NCBI RefSeq assembly: GCF_001194135.2
Contig: NC_068981.1
Coordinates: 173,051,102-173,115,101 of the forward strand
From: Octopus bimaculoides
Lineage: Eukaryota
Direction of reading: 5' to 3'
DNA length: 64,000 nt
The notes below the pieces were generated by a model. It was not told the origin of the DNA, did not search any database, and saw only the letters and a program-made list of their open reading frames with translations. Made by a program: the position numbers and the translations under genes. This document shows positions 39,084 through 53,812 of the stretch, one piece after another. Within the stretch, counting starts at the first letter, position 1. The number at the start of each line of letters is the position of its first letter.

Positions 39084-41778
39084 ACACCACCTACTACAAC
39101 CACTATATTAAATACCTCCCATTACCATCATTACCACCATAATTTTCCTTATTTAAAAAATTTTTTTGTTCACCCACGAGAAACAAAATAATCCAACCAA
39201 AACAATAACACAAGGCACATCGAATAATTTATCTCATTTACTCAACGGTGTGCTACGTAATTTTCCTCGTTTTATTAGTACAACTCGCCATTATTTTTAT
39301 TGCCGTCATTTCTGTAAATACCTCCAGTTTGAGCCAAGAGCATGTTTGTACTGTCATTTGACCTACTTGAAAACGCAACCATATTTGGCGAACTTTCAAT
39401 TTATAACATTGAGTTACACTTTCAGGTAAGTTACACTTTCAAGATATGATTTTATTGAATATATCTTCTGTCAAGGCTAAAATACAGTTTTTTGTTCTAC
39501 TTTTTTCATGCGACCTGTTCTTTTACTTTCACTTTTGTCACATAGCAGTTGTATTTTTGTTGCCTGCCTGCAATTACTGTTCTCGAGCGATAAGGCGCTA
39601 ATTCAATCGTTTTTTGTTTTCTCTGAAAGAATGAAACTAGTCTTCTGCTTTATAAGCCTCCTCCCCGTCATTAAGTGAAATAATGTACTCGATATTAATT
39701 TTTCTTCATTTTTGCGTTACATTCATTATTGTTCCCCTTGTTTATTTGTTCTCGATATATATTTTTTCGTTAATTTCTTTTCCCATCTGTTACAGTTTGT
39801 TGTTGTTTAAAACAGAATACAAATTTTGACGATGAAACAGCAAACTTCAATAACCTATATAGTTCGAGGATCTTATCTGTTTGGCTGCCAAGATTTCAAA
39901 AATTTAAGTTTATTCAAAATTAAAAAAATTGGGTACATTAATATAGTTTTCCAAACTGAATTATTGGAATTATTTCATTTTTCCAGAAAATTTTTTTTTT
40001 AAAGTTAGAGAAGTTTAAAGTTTGATTATTTTCACCCAGTCAGGAAACGGGATTTGGAAGCTGCCATTTTGTGCGTGACTGCACATTTTGTCAAGATCGG
40101 GAAAATAGCACTTATGTTTTTATATGAAACCGTAAACAAATCAACAGCTGTATAATGGTTCATCCCCAGTTCTTCAACATAAAACCGGACTGAAGTCAAT
40201 TCCTTAACTCGTGAGTACTACAGCCCTAAGAAGAAGGGTGCCACCTTCAAACCATGTGTCTTTCGTCACTGACACATACTCCATGCATCCTTGGCGCGTA
40301 CATCGCCAATAAAAAGGTTTTGGTGCCCTCAATATATGTAAATGATTCAAAATGTAAACTAAAATAATTTAAAATATAAACAATAATAAACTATAAAATA
40401 AATTTTTATTTTTCAAAATGAAACAAAACTAACAGTAAGATGGAAAATAATGTTTATTTTTGTATACTTCCACTTTATTTATATTTAAAAGTTTTCTCCT
40501 TCGTTTTTAAAAAATTTAATTGCGATGTCTTCGATGATATTGTTAAAATTAATTTTAGGTAAAACGTCCGCTTCTATACTTATTAGAGATAAGGCATTAA
40601 GAATATTATTTTAGCAAGTTTAAAGTGATTTCTTTCATGCCGTAAACCATTTTAATTTCTGTGGTGCCCTAGTCCCTTGATGCCCTAAGCACGTGCTTAT
40701 TTTGCTTAATTGTTAATCCAGCGCTGCTTCTACGTGAAGTTCTTCTAAAATTCCGTGGTTGGTCCTCTTTTACGGATGTAAAATAGTATAAATCTCCACA
40801 GATATTGAAGAAAACAAGGCATCCTCACAGGTACGCACACACATGTATGTAAATCTATGCATGTGTCTGCATGTATTTATGCATACATGCATACACATAC
40901 ATGTATGTAAGTCTATGCATATATGTGTATATGCATACATACATACATATGCACTGAGACACATCGAAGAGATCTTGTGATGCTTGTCTTACTACTTCAG
41001 CGACGAAATCATTCGTTTGATAATTATTTTCCCGTGACATACCATCTCTGCTAGGAGGGCTACACCACTCGAGAATTCTCTGTACTCAGTATAGCTTTAC
41101 ACAGAGAACTCACTTTTACTCTTCATTAACTCTTCATTAAGCCTTTAAATTTCTATATGCACATCAGCACTTCACACAATCATGACAAAAAAGCACCATT
41201 CTTTCTGCCTATACTCAAACTCACAGCATAAGCACGAAACACACAGTGACACTTACACATTCGTTCCACATCACGACACCTCCATAAACACACCAGTCAC
41301 AAGACAAACCCATGATCTTAAGCCAAGTACACACGCTTAACTGGCACATATTAGGTACATAGATACATGCAGCGCATTCTCACATGCGAGGCTCGGCCCA
41401 CACACCCAAAAGTGCAACAACCGTCACAAAAAAGCAACAAAATATAGAAGTACACACACTCACAGAAACACAGACATACACACGCATATACACACATACA
41501 CAAACAAACAAACGCATAACTACAAATGTTATCAATAATAACAATGAAGAAACCCACACATATATTTCATGACTTACACTACAACGATATATACATGTGC
41601 ACATATACATACATAAACATTTACAGTTATCGTATCTGTTGCCTTTGTACGTAAGAAACCGCCCTCCTTTTGTGTCACTCCTAGTTGATCGCTATCAACA
41701 TGACTTCTCAAATATTTAAACGTCACTTCCACTTTTCTTACCTTCCTCTACACTTGCTCATTTTTCCAACTATCTAAC

Positions 41779-41812
41779 TTTCTAAAGAAGAGCATATGCT
41801 CGAAATGTCATA
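41779..41812 (+). ncRNA. Decayed minimal hammerhead motif
   Basis: ttt-CTAAAGA-a-gagc(atat)gctc-GAAA-tg-TC-a. Stem II gagc/gctc is the same as in 18011-18043. G5-to-A and CpG decay are present. Confidence 0.5.
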
Positions 41813-42919
41813 AACATTCCTACTTTCTTAATAATTTAACTGAGTGTCAGACTTTGTTTTTACTTTGTCTTCCTCGTTGTCATACTCATCGTTGATTATG
41901 AATCTGTCTCTCACTTTCAATCTCTCCCTATACATATTCCTGTGTGCGTATGTGTGTGCATGTAAGGTATCTGTGTGCATGTGTGTAATGTATGTATGTG
42001 TATGTACGTGCGCACGTGTTTGTGTACGTTGGTGTGGACTGATGTGTTGTGTTCCTCCTCTTTATGCAAATAGTAACTTAGCCATATGATGATAAATAAC
42101 AATGAAATGTGTAATAGACTGAAATTAGTACAAACGTCGATATAATCCACTAAAAACTCTTGAAGGTGATGGCCTTGTATGGCTGTAATCCAATAATGAA
42201 ATCCAGAGAAAAATATATGCAAATATCAGTAAACTTATTTTAGTAAAGTGCTTATTAGAAGCATTATATAAAGGTACACACACACGTCCCCCCCCCCACA
42301 CACACACATTACATGTACATATATACATTTGTATGTATGTATGACTAGTAATAGCGAAAGTGTTTTTTATTTGCAAAGCAGTTATCGAGAAAACTCAATA
42401 GAAGTATAAATAATCTTTGAAGCGATAATGATATCTGAGTTCATCTACTAGGAAGAAACCTTTGAAAACAAAATCAAGCCATATATAGAAATAAAATTTC
42501 TCGTGATAGATTAACGAAACACACACAGAGACATTTACAAATCAGTTTACGATTACATATTTCAAAAGTATATTTTTGCATTCAAATAATTTCAAAATAC
42601 ATTATTAATCACCCAAAAGAATATAATTGCAAAATGCATAATTAAATATTTCAACGTGCATAATTACAAACCGATTTCCCTTCCTACAGAAGTTAATCAT
42701 TGCAATGTATGTATGTAATTGCTTGCTACTAACCTTCATTTAATATAGTGCATACCGGAAGTAGGCGCATTATAGACGCATAACGAAACAAAGGAGGTAA
42801 TATATGTTTGTGCACTCAAATTAAGTAGAGATGTTAATTTTTGTTAACTATTCAAAAACATGTGGGAAATATATTTTATAAATATTAATAAATGAATTAA
42901 AATAGGTGTGAGCAATTGA

Positions 42920-43175
42920 TTAATAATTTAAACCTGGGTTATATTATACAGTATAAAATGTTTCTGTGTTGGTTTTTTTGTTCTGTCATATTTCGGCACA
43001 TTGATGTAATGAGAATTGTTTAAAATTTGGGTGCCGAGTTCTTTCACTTCTATCTAAATGCTCAATGGGTCGAATTTTCTTGTGTTCGGATCATGTAGTT
43101 TCTGTCAATGAACTGCCATGCATTTTCTAAGTGACAAAGGTTTGGCCAATATAATTTTCCCCAGACCAAGAGCAT
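42920..43175 (-). mobile_element. Penelope-like GIY-YIG C-terminal relic (different family from 13.5 kb)
   Basis: Minus-strand segments in shifting frames read ENYIGQT, RKCMAVH*QKLHDPNTRK, EHLDR and YNPGLN, resembling the PLE endonuclease end (YIGeTg..lr.Rm..H.qqIrdp...; P.LN). Confidence 0.55.
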
Positions 43176-43435
43176 GTTATGATATGAATTAAGTTTTCTA
43201 AAAGTTGTCTTTTATTCTAAAAATTCGTCCAATTTTGTAAGTGGAACTTGAGGCCTTTGATTATATTAACCGAAATTCCACAATTCGATGTTCCGTATTA
43301 TTTAAACGTCGTATGTTATATATAATATTGGGTAATTGGTCACTCATTAAATTTCCTTTAATGAATGTGGTAAGCTGTTTGACAATACATATTTCTCAAA
43401 GAATTGACTGTAATGATATACTTTGGAATTAATAA

Positions 43436-43483
<48 letters not shown>

Positions 43484-43785
43484 AATGTGCGAGCATGCAC
43501 GTAAACATTACCGATGTCACATACTTAATGTATGTGTTTTGTTTATACGGTTATTAACTGCGCGATTTCGTCCAGGAAAATTCCTCTAAGACGTCAAATT
43601 TTTAAAAAAAACACTGAATATCTCAAAATCAGACGAAACGAATTACCCCATCGGTTTACGGGAACAGTGCATATCGATATTTCGCTCGGCGCAGTATATT
43701 CGAATCACCACGAAACGAATTCGAATAGCTGGTCTGAAGTATATATGCTGGTAGTGAAGTATACATGCAACAGCATCGCATAAGT

Positions 43786-44074
43786 CAGGGGTTTTCAAAC
43801 TGTGGTCCGCGGACTACAGGGGGTCCGCAAGGACAAGACAGGGGGTCCGTGGACAGCAAATACTTTTTATGGGCAATTTGATTTTAATGTTTTTTAATCG
43901 AAATCTTTTAATTGACAATAAACCTATTTTGTTAAATACTGTTAAATAAATAAATGCAAAATATGTTATTTTAAGCAAATATTTATGTATAAATTTCATA
44001 AGCGTTTATAAGGGGGTCCCTAAGGTAAAGCCTGAAATATAAAAGTTTGAAATATAAAAGTTTGAAAACCCCTG
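43786..44074. mobile_element. hAT-type MITE, 289 bp
   Basis: Perfect 16-bp TIR caggggttttcaaact/agtttgaaaacccctg with an 8-bp target-site duplication gcataagt (43778-43785 and 44075-44082). Confidence 0.95.
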
Positions 44075-45349
44075 GCATAAGTAAAACAAAATTAAAATTT
44101 GAATTAGAAGTAGCTGTAATCATGTAAATATTATTAATAGATATTTTCTTTATACGTTTAATAGCTACGGAATTTTATTCGGGGAATCAAGACGTCAAGG
44201 TAACTCGAGTATACGGTGCTGAGGTGCTGAATTAACAACGAAATATTGATATCCACCAATCTGTTTCACCTACGGGGCGATTCGTTTCGTCTGGTTTTGT
44301 CTAAGAACAGGTATTTGGGATTTCTAACACTTCACTTAAAAGGATTTTCCCTGAACGAAATACCACAGCTTTAATAAGAGTATAATAAAACACACATATA
44401 TATATAATTTCTTTAATTTCACTTCACTAATTTAAATTACGTATGTTTCACGTGATTATGTGGTATGACGCATTGAGGATAGATTCCAGAAATATCTATG
44501 TAGAGCGTTGTGAACTCAATTATTTTCTATTTTCTACTTGCGACTATGTTATTTTCTTCTAACTCCCAGATGTGTTTAGATAGAGATGTAGTCTTTCTTT
44601 TGGAAAAGCTCCAGAACGTCTGTGTGTATGGTATGTATGGTGTTGTGTGTGATATCTGGTGTGCGTGTGTGCGCGCGCGTACCTGTGCGTGTGTACCTGT
44701 GTGTGCGCGCCTGTGTTTTGAGAGTTCCACTAGTGGCACTGATATGTTTTTCTGTTTGTTCACACCTTTCGGAGAAGGTTCTTCGATAGAGACAGATAAG
44801 TTCTGTTGCGTGCCTTTCTCGCATTTTTCTCTGTATAGGGGATATAGCGAAAAAAGTTGCGCAGTGGACAAGACTGAAACGTCTAAGAATAGAGACTGTT
44901 AGCTTTTGTAGAGCCCTCATCGATTTTTCAAGTTTCACTTGAAAAAGAAAACGCGAACGGGAAGAAGATACTGACTACAAACGAATTTATTGAAATATGT
45001 GTGAGAATGGCAAGAATGGTAAGAATTGCGCTAAGTATAAGTTGTACGTCGGATCACGATATTTGGAGTAAGCTCTACGATGTAGGTTGGCCCAAGATAG
45101 AGGTCCCCCAGTATCAAGAAGACTGTATCATTATCTTTAATTATCTGTATACCATGTATACATGCACTTATGTTTATTTTTACATTATTCGATTTTTATA
45201 TGGAAATCCTACGCTTCAGATTTTGACGATTGTCCCTCCTCGCCCGTTTGCCCGGCTGGCTAATAAAAGAAATAATCTCCTTCCCTTTCTTCTTCCTCCT
45301 CTTCGTCGTCGTCGTCCTCCTCCTCATCATTATGATCATCACCATCAGC

Positions 45350-45358
45350 AGTGTTAGT

Positions 45359-45420
<62 letters not shown>

Positions 45421-45444
45421 AAGTAGTAGTAGTTGTAGTAGCAG

Positions 45445-45476
<32 letters not shown>

Positions 45477-45483
45477 ATAATAG
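45350..45483. repeat. (GCA)n/(GTA)n compound microsatellite
   Basis: Direct inspection. It explains ORFs 45196-45572. Confidence 0.95.
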
Positions 45484-45860
45484 TAAGGCAGTGCGCTTGC
45501 AGAATCGTTAGCACACCAGGCGAAATGCTGAGCGGCATTTCGTGCGTTTTTATTTTCTGAGTTCAAATTCAACTGAGGTCAATTTTTCATTTCATCGTTT
45601 CGGGGTAGAGTTGGTGTAATCGTCTGACCCCCTCCCTAAAACTTGCTGGTCTTGTGCNNNNNNNNNNNNNNNNNNNNNNNNNNNNNNNNNNNNNNNNNNN
45701 NNNNNNNNNNNNNNNNNNNNNNNNNNNNNNNNNNNNNNGTGGAATTTGCCTTTCATCCTTTTCGGGTCGATAAAATAAGTTCAGTTGAGCACTTGGGTTA
45801 ATGAAGTAAACTAAGACCCTACCCGCAAAATTTTAGACTTGAGCCTAGAGTAGAAAAGAT

Positions 45861-46078
45861 TTCTTTATTACCCACAAGGGGCTAAACATAGAGGGGACAA
45901 ACAAAGGGATTAAGTCGATTATATCGACCCAGTGCGTAACTGGTACTTATTTAATCGACCCCAAAAGGATGAAAGGCAAAGTCGACCTCGGCGGAATTTG
46001 AACTCAGAACGTAGCGGCAAATGAAATACCGCTAAGCATTTCGCCCGGCGTGCTAACGTTTCTGCCAACTCGCCACCT
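45861..46078 (-). mobile_element. tRNA-derived SINE (family of 9161-9390), tail-to-tail with a + strand copy at 45484-45858
   Basis: Minus-strand head gtggcgagttggcagaaacgttagcacgccgggcg...gttctgagttcaaattccgccg. Confidence 0.85.
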
Positions 46079-47418
46079 TAAAGTAGAAAGGATTTCTATT
46101 ATTCTTTTCATCATAGGTGAGTACTAAACAGAGATGTTGATTTTTATTAAAATGTATCGGAAGGTAAAAACTTCACGAACCATCATCTAACCTTCACTAC
46201 TGTCCGATGATTAGAACTGTTAAACTGAGTCTCAGTGCGTGGAATTCTCAAAACACACACACACACACACAAAGTCGTAAGCTCAACCTAATCAAAGAAA
46301 TTAGTGATTTGGTGAGGTTGTCTTATATTATTGTTATTTAAAGTACTATTCTGAGATTTTTTAGCGCACAAGTCATTTACTATAAGTTAATAAGTGACTT
46401 TAAACACATTTTTCAATTTGTTAACTATCATTAAATGAAATGTAGTCTTTCTGTAATTTCATTTTACAAACGCCTTTGTTTTTAACAGCTTTATATTCAT
46501 CCGGTTAATAAAACAACAAATCTAGGCTCACAACCTCAGTAATTCAATATTTTAAGGCATCGGTCTTGAAAGATTTTCCGACGAACCATGTAATGCTTCA
46601 ATAATTATACGAGTGTAATGAATCCGAATATACAATGCAGCAACGCCTTAAAGTTTCTTTCTTTCTTTCTTTTTATAAACGTTAATTGAGTTGTTTATGG
46701 TTAGGCAAAACAATTTAGTCGATATTTCTTATATGGAAAAAGATACGAGTATTAATGTAGGCATAAGAAGACGTGAAATATGTGTGTATGTGGGGATAAC
46801 AGAGAAATAAGGCTACTATGTAAATGTAATATACTGTCGTGTAATCAACTATATTGGTTGAAGGAAAGCATTATTACGAATTACAAATAGACGAACACAC
46901 ACAATCACACATACACACACACAAACACACGTACTCACAAACATACGAATATATATATATATGCAAACGCATACGTTCACACTCTTATGTGCATGTACAT
47001 ATACATTGACGTTTTTGTATGTTTGTGTATGTGTGTGTGTGTGTGCGTGTCCATTTACGTATGTATGTATTATGTATGCATGCATATATGTATAAAATCA
47101 AATACGTGTGGATGAACTGTACTGGTATACACAAAATTGAAATTTTCGTTTGAGTTGGAAATAGAAAATTAATATCTGTGAATTAAATAATTTACAAAGG
47201 ACAGGGGAGATAATTGCAATAATTTATGTAAAGGTCACATATTTAATGCAAGCACAGTAGGTATATGCGCTCGCTCACACACACAACATGCATGCGCGTA
47301 CACACATACACAAATATATACATGCATCCATACCGTCATACCATGCATATGTTCACGCACACGCGCACACACACCTACACAGATACATATACATGTGTGT
47401 GTGTTTGTACATACAAGC

Positions 47419-47458
<40 letters not shown>

Positions 47459-49966
47459 TTTGTACACTAGATTGATTTGTGCGCGTGCGCGCGTATGTCA
47501 ATATACACACATGGGCAAAAAGCAGAGAGTATACAATAACTTAATGCTTCCCAAATAGTAGCTGAGTTACATGTTGCCAATTATTCTAACGTATGAATAA
47601 TCGGCAACGTGAAACTCAAGAGCGACGATTCAGGAAGCTCCAGCTTAAAAAGAAATATATACAATACGTTTTTTACTGAGGAAATTTTCTTTTGATTATG
47701 AAGGTGCATACACACACGCCTATATATGCATATACATACACACACACATTATGTATATGTGTGTGTGTGTGTGTGTGTATGCGTGTGTGTGTATATGTAT
47801 ACATATACCTGTGTGCGTGTGTGTGTGTACTAAGTAGATTATGAGAAACATAGTTGCAGATAACTAATTATGTGCCTTCAAATAAAATGGCTATATACCA
47901 ATATAGTTTTTTTTTCTTTTTAATCAATTTTAGCAGAAAATGTATGAATGATATTATATATCTGTTTCTGTGCGTGTAAAAATATAAATAAAAGGGAGAC
48001 AATTATTTCGCTTTTCAGATAAAACTATTTTTAAACTATTCGGGTTTTTTTTCGTTTTTTTTTTAAGAAATTATGTTCAAACTAACGCAGGCCATTTTTT
48101 TTTCTGCGTCGTTCTGTTTCGATAAAGTGCAGGTCAAATAGTTAAAACTGAAATGAAAATCAGGTTATGTCAAGATTTTTATAACTATTCAAAGAATCTA
48201 CGATTAAAAAACAACTGTCGTTTACGACGGTAAATATACATTAGTATTATTTCTAATTATAAGTATATTATTTTTAATTTGATAATTTCTATTTACACCT
48301 CTGATCATAGTAAAAAATCATTTTTCGCAAAATCATTTCCGGTTAGTAACAATGTTAAAAATATCAACCAATCAGAATTGAAATAATTAGAAAGTGCAAG
48401 ATTCTATTTACATGGTATTATTCTTTTATTATCCAAATTCCTTCAACAACTTATTTTTCACCTGAAGTGGTTATTAATTAAAGTAAACAATTAATTATAA
48501 TTAGCAACCTATACTTATTTTTCAATCAGCTCATCTGTATTTTTTTTGTCCCTTTTCTCTATTTTGTTAGCCGATTTGCACAAACATGTATAACACTACG
48601 TGTCTTGAGTGCTACTTTTATTTGTTTGCCTACCAGTGAGTGAGTGAGAGAGTAAGTGATTGAGTGTGCGCGTGCGTGCGTGTGTGTGTGTGTGTGTGTG
48701 TGTTTACTAGCATTGGATAAATGTGATTAACAGGTACAAATATATAAATATTATATACATATACACATATATATTGTAGCTATCAGAATATTCATAATAA
48801 CCAAAACCATAGCAATTGTTGGGGGTGTTTTTAGAATCCAAAGCTCAGTAGATGAGAACTATACTTCTTTCACTGGAACTGCAGGTTCAAGTCTAACTAT
48901 AAGTTCATTTCTGTAGCAGTCGTATTATCAAATGACAAATGCTACAACACTCTGATCAGCAAAACTGGTGAAAATATGCGAATACCATACAAAATTATTA
49001 ACCGTGACAAATGTCCGTCCCGTTATCAATCTTCAATGCTTTCCCATGAAGACAGGGATGCCCTTCCTCCTAAAACAAACACTGGCAAAGAAGAATATTA
49101 TAAACTATGTCGTCTATTTCGTTCCATATTTAAGATGGGGTTTGTTTGAAACGTTATATATACAGATCCGTATATAATAATGTAATAATGTAATATAGAT
49201 CCGTAGCAAAGTGTAATATTCTTCGTACATTCATGACAATAAGTATGTGTGTGTGCGTCCGTGCGTGCGCTTGTGTGTATGTGTGTGTATACACACACAC
49301 CACACACAAACACACCATACTTATATACCATGTATATATGAATGCATGTATAGCATGCATACTCACATTCGCACACATACATACGCATACACACACATAT
49401 GAAGATAGATAGATAGATAGATAGATAGATAAGCACATACACATAATGGAGATGTACATAAATATCTGTACGCTTACGAATACATATGTGTATGTGTGTG
49501 TGTGTAAATATATCAAATATAACACACACACACACACACACATACGCATCTGTTTATATTATAAACATACACATACATATAAATGCAGTCACACTCACTC
49601 GTACACATACATAATATAATATATATATAATTCACAGAAGTGGAGAGTTGCAAAAAGAGTGAAGGAAAACGGTTTCCGTCAACTCTTTACATATGGCTGA
49701 GTAATTTCACAGGCACGTTTACGCTCAACGTAATTCTGTTAGAATCAGCGTGACAGAGTATGACAACGCTCGGTTTCAACATATTTTCCACCGACCTATT
49801 TCCACTAATTAAGTCGACCCAATGCGATATCAAAAACACTTGCCCAATGTGCAGCTTACTGAAACCGAACTTTTAACCATGTGGCTATGAAGCAAACTTC
49901 TTAGCCACACAGCCATGTATACCGCTTACGATATGTGTGTGATTGCGCGCGCGCGTAATAAGTATT

Positions 49967-50084
<118 letters not shown>

Positions 50085-51717
50085 AATATATATATATCAC
50101 ATTATCGACCAGACTATCAGATTTTGTTATACATCGCTGGTCACGATGCGCTTTGCATTGTTTTAGCTTTCGAATTATACTATTTCGCTGGCTGGGTGAG
50201 CAAGTCAACATTCTTCTGATCAGAAGGTTATCCGTCACAGGGTTACGATTGGGACAACGTGAAACAAAGAGTTTTGCTCAAGAACAAAAACGCGCCACCC
50301 AGTGCATGAATCGAACCCACGATCTAGTGATCGTGTGTGCAATACCCTGACTACAAGGCCACGCGCCTTCGCCCCACTACACACACTAGCACTCATGCAC
50401 GCACACACATATGCACACACACATATGCATACATACATACATACATACATACATACATCTTTATTTTACGTTACATTGTATTGAGCGTTTAATGTAGTCA
50501 CTTTGCCAAATCGATAACGAAATGTTTATAGCAATAAACATTAACAAGACATTGTAACAATATCCGGACTTATGATTATATTTAGGTGATAACTTCTAAT
50601 TGATAAAGTGTTCGGTACCCACGAATTTCATCAATAACGATTTAGCATTTGATAACCTTATCAGTTCATATAATAAACAGCGTCATCGTTGCGCGCGCCC
50701 GCGCCCACACTCACACACATTTATTATATGCTTAATATATATATATATACAAATATTGGTAGTGCAAATCAGAGGTGCAATCTGTGTGGGTGTTTCTTCA
50801 AAACACTGTCTGGTTTAAAAAGCCACATCAGACGCCATGAAAGGGCTAAGGTATAGGTACAGGAGGTGGTCAAACTCTGTTTAAGGAGTAGACAGCCACC
50901 ATATATATATGTATATGTATAAATGCATTCATGTACATACACGCATGCCTACCTACCTACCTACCTACCTACCTACATACATACATACATACATACATAC
51001 ATACAAACATACATAAATCAATTTAACTTCGTGACTCAAGTTGCGAGAGTTTTGTACAAACGCATGAAATTCTCGGACCTTGAGTCACGATGTTACTTCT
51101 ACTAAATATTAAGAAAAGTATACATATATTCATATNNNNNNNNNNNNNNNNNNNNNNNNNNNNNNNNNNNNNNNNNNNNNNNNNNNNNNNNNNNNNNNNN
51201 NNNNNNNNNNNNNNNNNNNNNNNNNNNNNNNNNNNNNNNNNNNNNNNNNNNNNNNNNNNNNNNNNNNNNNNNNNNNNNNNNNNNNNNNNNNNNNNNNNNN
51301 NNNNNNNNNNNNNNNNNNNNNNNNNNNNNNNNNNNNNNNNNNNNNNNNNNNNNNNNNNNNNNNNNNNNNNNNNNNNNNNNNNNNNNNNNNNNNNNNNNNN
51401 NNNNNNNNNNNNNNNNNNNNNNNNNNNNNNNNNNNNNNNNNNNNNNNNNNNNNNNNNNNNNNNNNNNNNNNNNNNNNNNNNNNNNNNNNNNNNNNNNNNN
51501 NNNNNNNNNNNNNNNNNNNNNNNNNNNNNNNNNNNNNNNNNNNNNNNNNNNNNNNNNNNNNNNNNNNNNNNNNNNNNNNNNNNNNNNNNNNNNNNNNNNN
51601 NNNNNNNNNNNNNNNNNNNNNNNNNNNNNNNNNNNNNNNNNNNNNNNNNNNNNNNNNNNNNNNNNNNNNNNNNNNNNNNTGATGTTGGGGGACAACACAC
51701 ACGCACACACACACACG

Positions 51718-51762
<45 letters not shown>

Positions 51763-52345
51763 GTATATACATACATATATACGACGGGCTTCTTTCAGTT
51801 TCCGTCTACCAAATCCACTCACAAGGCTTTGGTCGGCCCGAAGCTATAGTAAGCGAGCTATTTACCACACAGCCACTCCTGCGCCTATTTACATATTCTT
51901 TATTAATTCTATTTGTTTCAGTCATTTGACTGCAGCCATGCTGGAGCACCGCCTTTAGTCGAACAAATCGACCACAAGACTTAGTCTTTGTACGCCTTAT
52001 ACTTATTCTATTGGTATCATCTTCTGTTGTGGATATACTGTTGTCTGTTAGATTCGATCAGTGTGGCTGGTGGTGTGGGTGTATATAGTGTGTATGCATC
52101 CTTGACCGAGCTGAGTATTATCTCCGAATATGCACTGACTCCAACCGTGGCAACTCGTCAAAACTATGCCAGTTTGTATAGCAGACGTAAACTATGCAGA
52201 AGCTGGTGTTGTTGTTGTTGTCGATGACGATGATGATAATGATGACGACGACGACCACGACGACGACTACGACGACGACGACCACCACCACCACCACCGC
52301 CGCCGCCGCGACGACGACGATGACGACAACAACAACAATAATAAT

Positions 52346-52540
52346 GGAACAATGAGTAAAAATCTAGAAAAGTACATGGAACAAATAGGGACTGCAATAA
52401 GGGTGGAGCACTTGCAGAAAACAGCACTGCTTGGAGCCGGATGGTGCTCGAAAAATAAGGGGTGTTACCTTAGTTCACTGGCAGTGAACAGCTGGCTTCG
52501 TAGAACATCTCCAGCATTAGAAGCCGTGCAAGGACAATAA
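52346..52540 (+). mobile_element. 3' end fragment of an R4/Dong-type non-LTR element
   Basis: GTMSKNLEKYMEQIGTAIRVEHLQKTALLG matches the R4-clade C-terminus. It is preceded by (GAC)/(AAC)/(AAT) repeats and followed by (ATG)n. Confidence 0.7.
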
Positions 52541-52558
52541 ATGATGATGATGATGATG

Positions 52559-53812
52559 GACTCAAGAAGTGCGGAGTAATCTACCTAAAATAAACAAGAC
52601 ACAGTCCCTAGCAGGGATAGAATTACCGAATAGAGACTTGATTAAGCAAATTGAAACGGAAGGATAACTAATACCTTGGTGTACTAGAGTGCAACGAGAT
52701 AATGGGAAAAGAAATGAAAGAGCAACTGTGGATGGAGTATTTCCGAAGACTAAGGTTGGTGCTGCGCTCAAAATTGACTGGATGGAATAAAATCCAAGCA
52801 GTTAATACGTGAGCGATAGCATCACTTCGGTATGGAGTGAAACTTATAAAATGGTAAAAGAGAGAAATGAAGAAACATGTTGACAGTACATGGAGTCTTC
52901 TACCCTAAGACGGACACCAATAGGTTGTACTTGTCCAGAAGAAAGGGTGGGAGAGGTTTGATCAGTTGCCAGGACTGTATCGAAGCAAAGGAAAACAACC
53001 AAGAGTCGTATATGAAAAATGCCGTGGAGCCACTGTTGAAATACACGAAGAAAGCCGGCGTCATCAAAACTGAAAATTGCGTAACTAAAGAAAAATTTAA
53101 ACAAGAAATGAACAAAAAAAAAAAAAGAGAAAGAAAAAACATGGAAAGGAAAAATGTACGGTCAGTTTGCAAGAGATGTGAACGCCAAGACAGATACAAA
53201 GGTTCGGTGGCTATGGATGAGGAGGAGTGACCTGAAGATAGAGACAGAAGCACTCATATGCGCAGCTCAGGAACAAGCGTTAAGGACCAATTATATGAAA
53301 TGCAGAATTGACAACACTACCGATAGCGACAAATGTAGAATGTGTGGTGAGAGGGGTGAAACGGTATAGCACATCGTTAACGAATGCCTGAAATTGGCAC
53401 AATGCGAATACAAACAACGCCATGACAATGTGGCAAGAAATATCCATTGGGAGTTCTGTGGAATTCACGTCCTACAAAGAGCAAAGACGTGGTATGATCA
53501 AACTCCAGAAGAAGTCACCGAAAATGAGAACTGCAAAATCCTGTGGGATGTAATGATCCGGTGCGATCACCTGACCAGACGTAGGAAACCGCACTTTGTT
53601 GTGGGGAATAAAAAAGAAAGGACATGTATGATTATTGACATTGCATGCCCCGGTGACAACAGGATCAATGTGAAAGAATAAAAAATAAACAACTATCACG
53701 ATTTAAAGCGGGAAATACGAAGGTTGTGGTCAATGAAGAGAGTAGACGTGATACCAATAGTAATTGGCGCACTTGGAAGATCGGTGCAAGTGTTAAAGTG
53801 GAACAGAATAAA
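52559..53812 (+). mobile_element. 5'-truncated R4/Dong-clade retrotransposon (RT C-terminus, CCHC knuckle, restriction-like endonuclease)
   Basis: Segments GLKKCGV, YLGVLE, KIQAVNT, LYLSRRKGGRGLI, ETEALICAAQEQALRT, CRMCGERGETV*HIVNEC, RHDNVA, KILWD, IIDIACPGD and VIPIVIGALG, with many stops and frameshifts. Confidence 0.9.
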
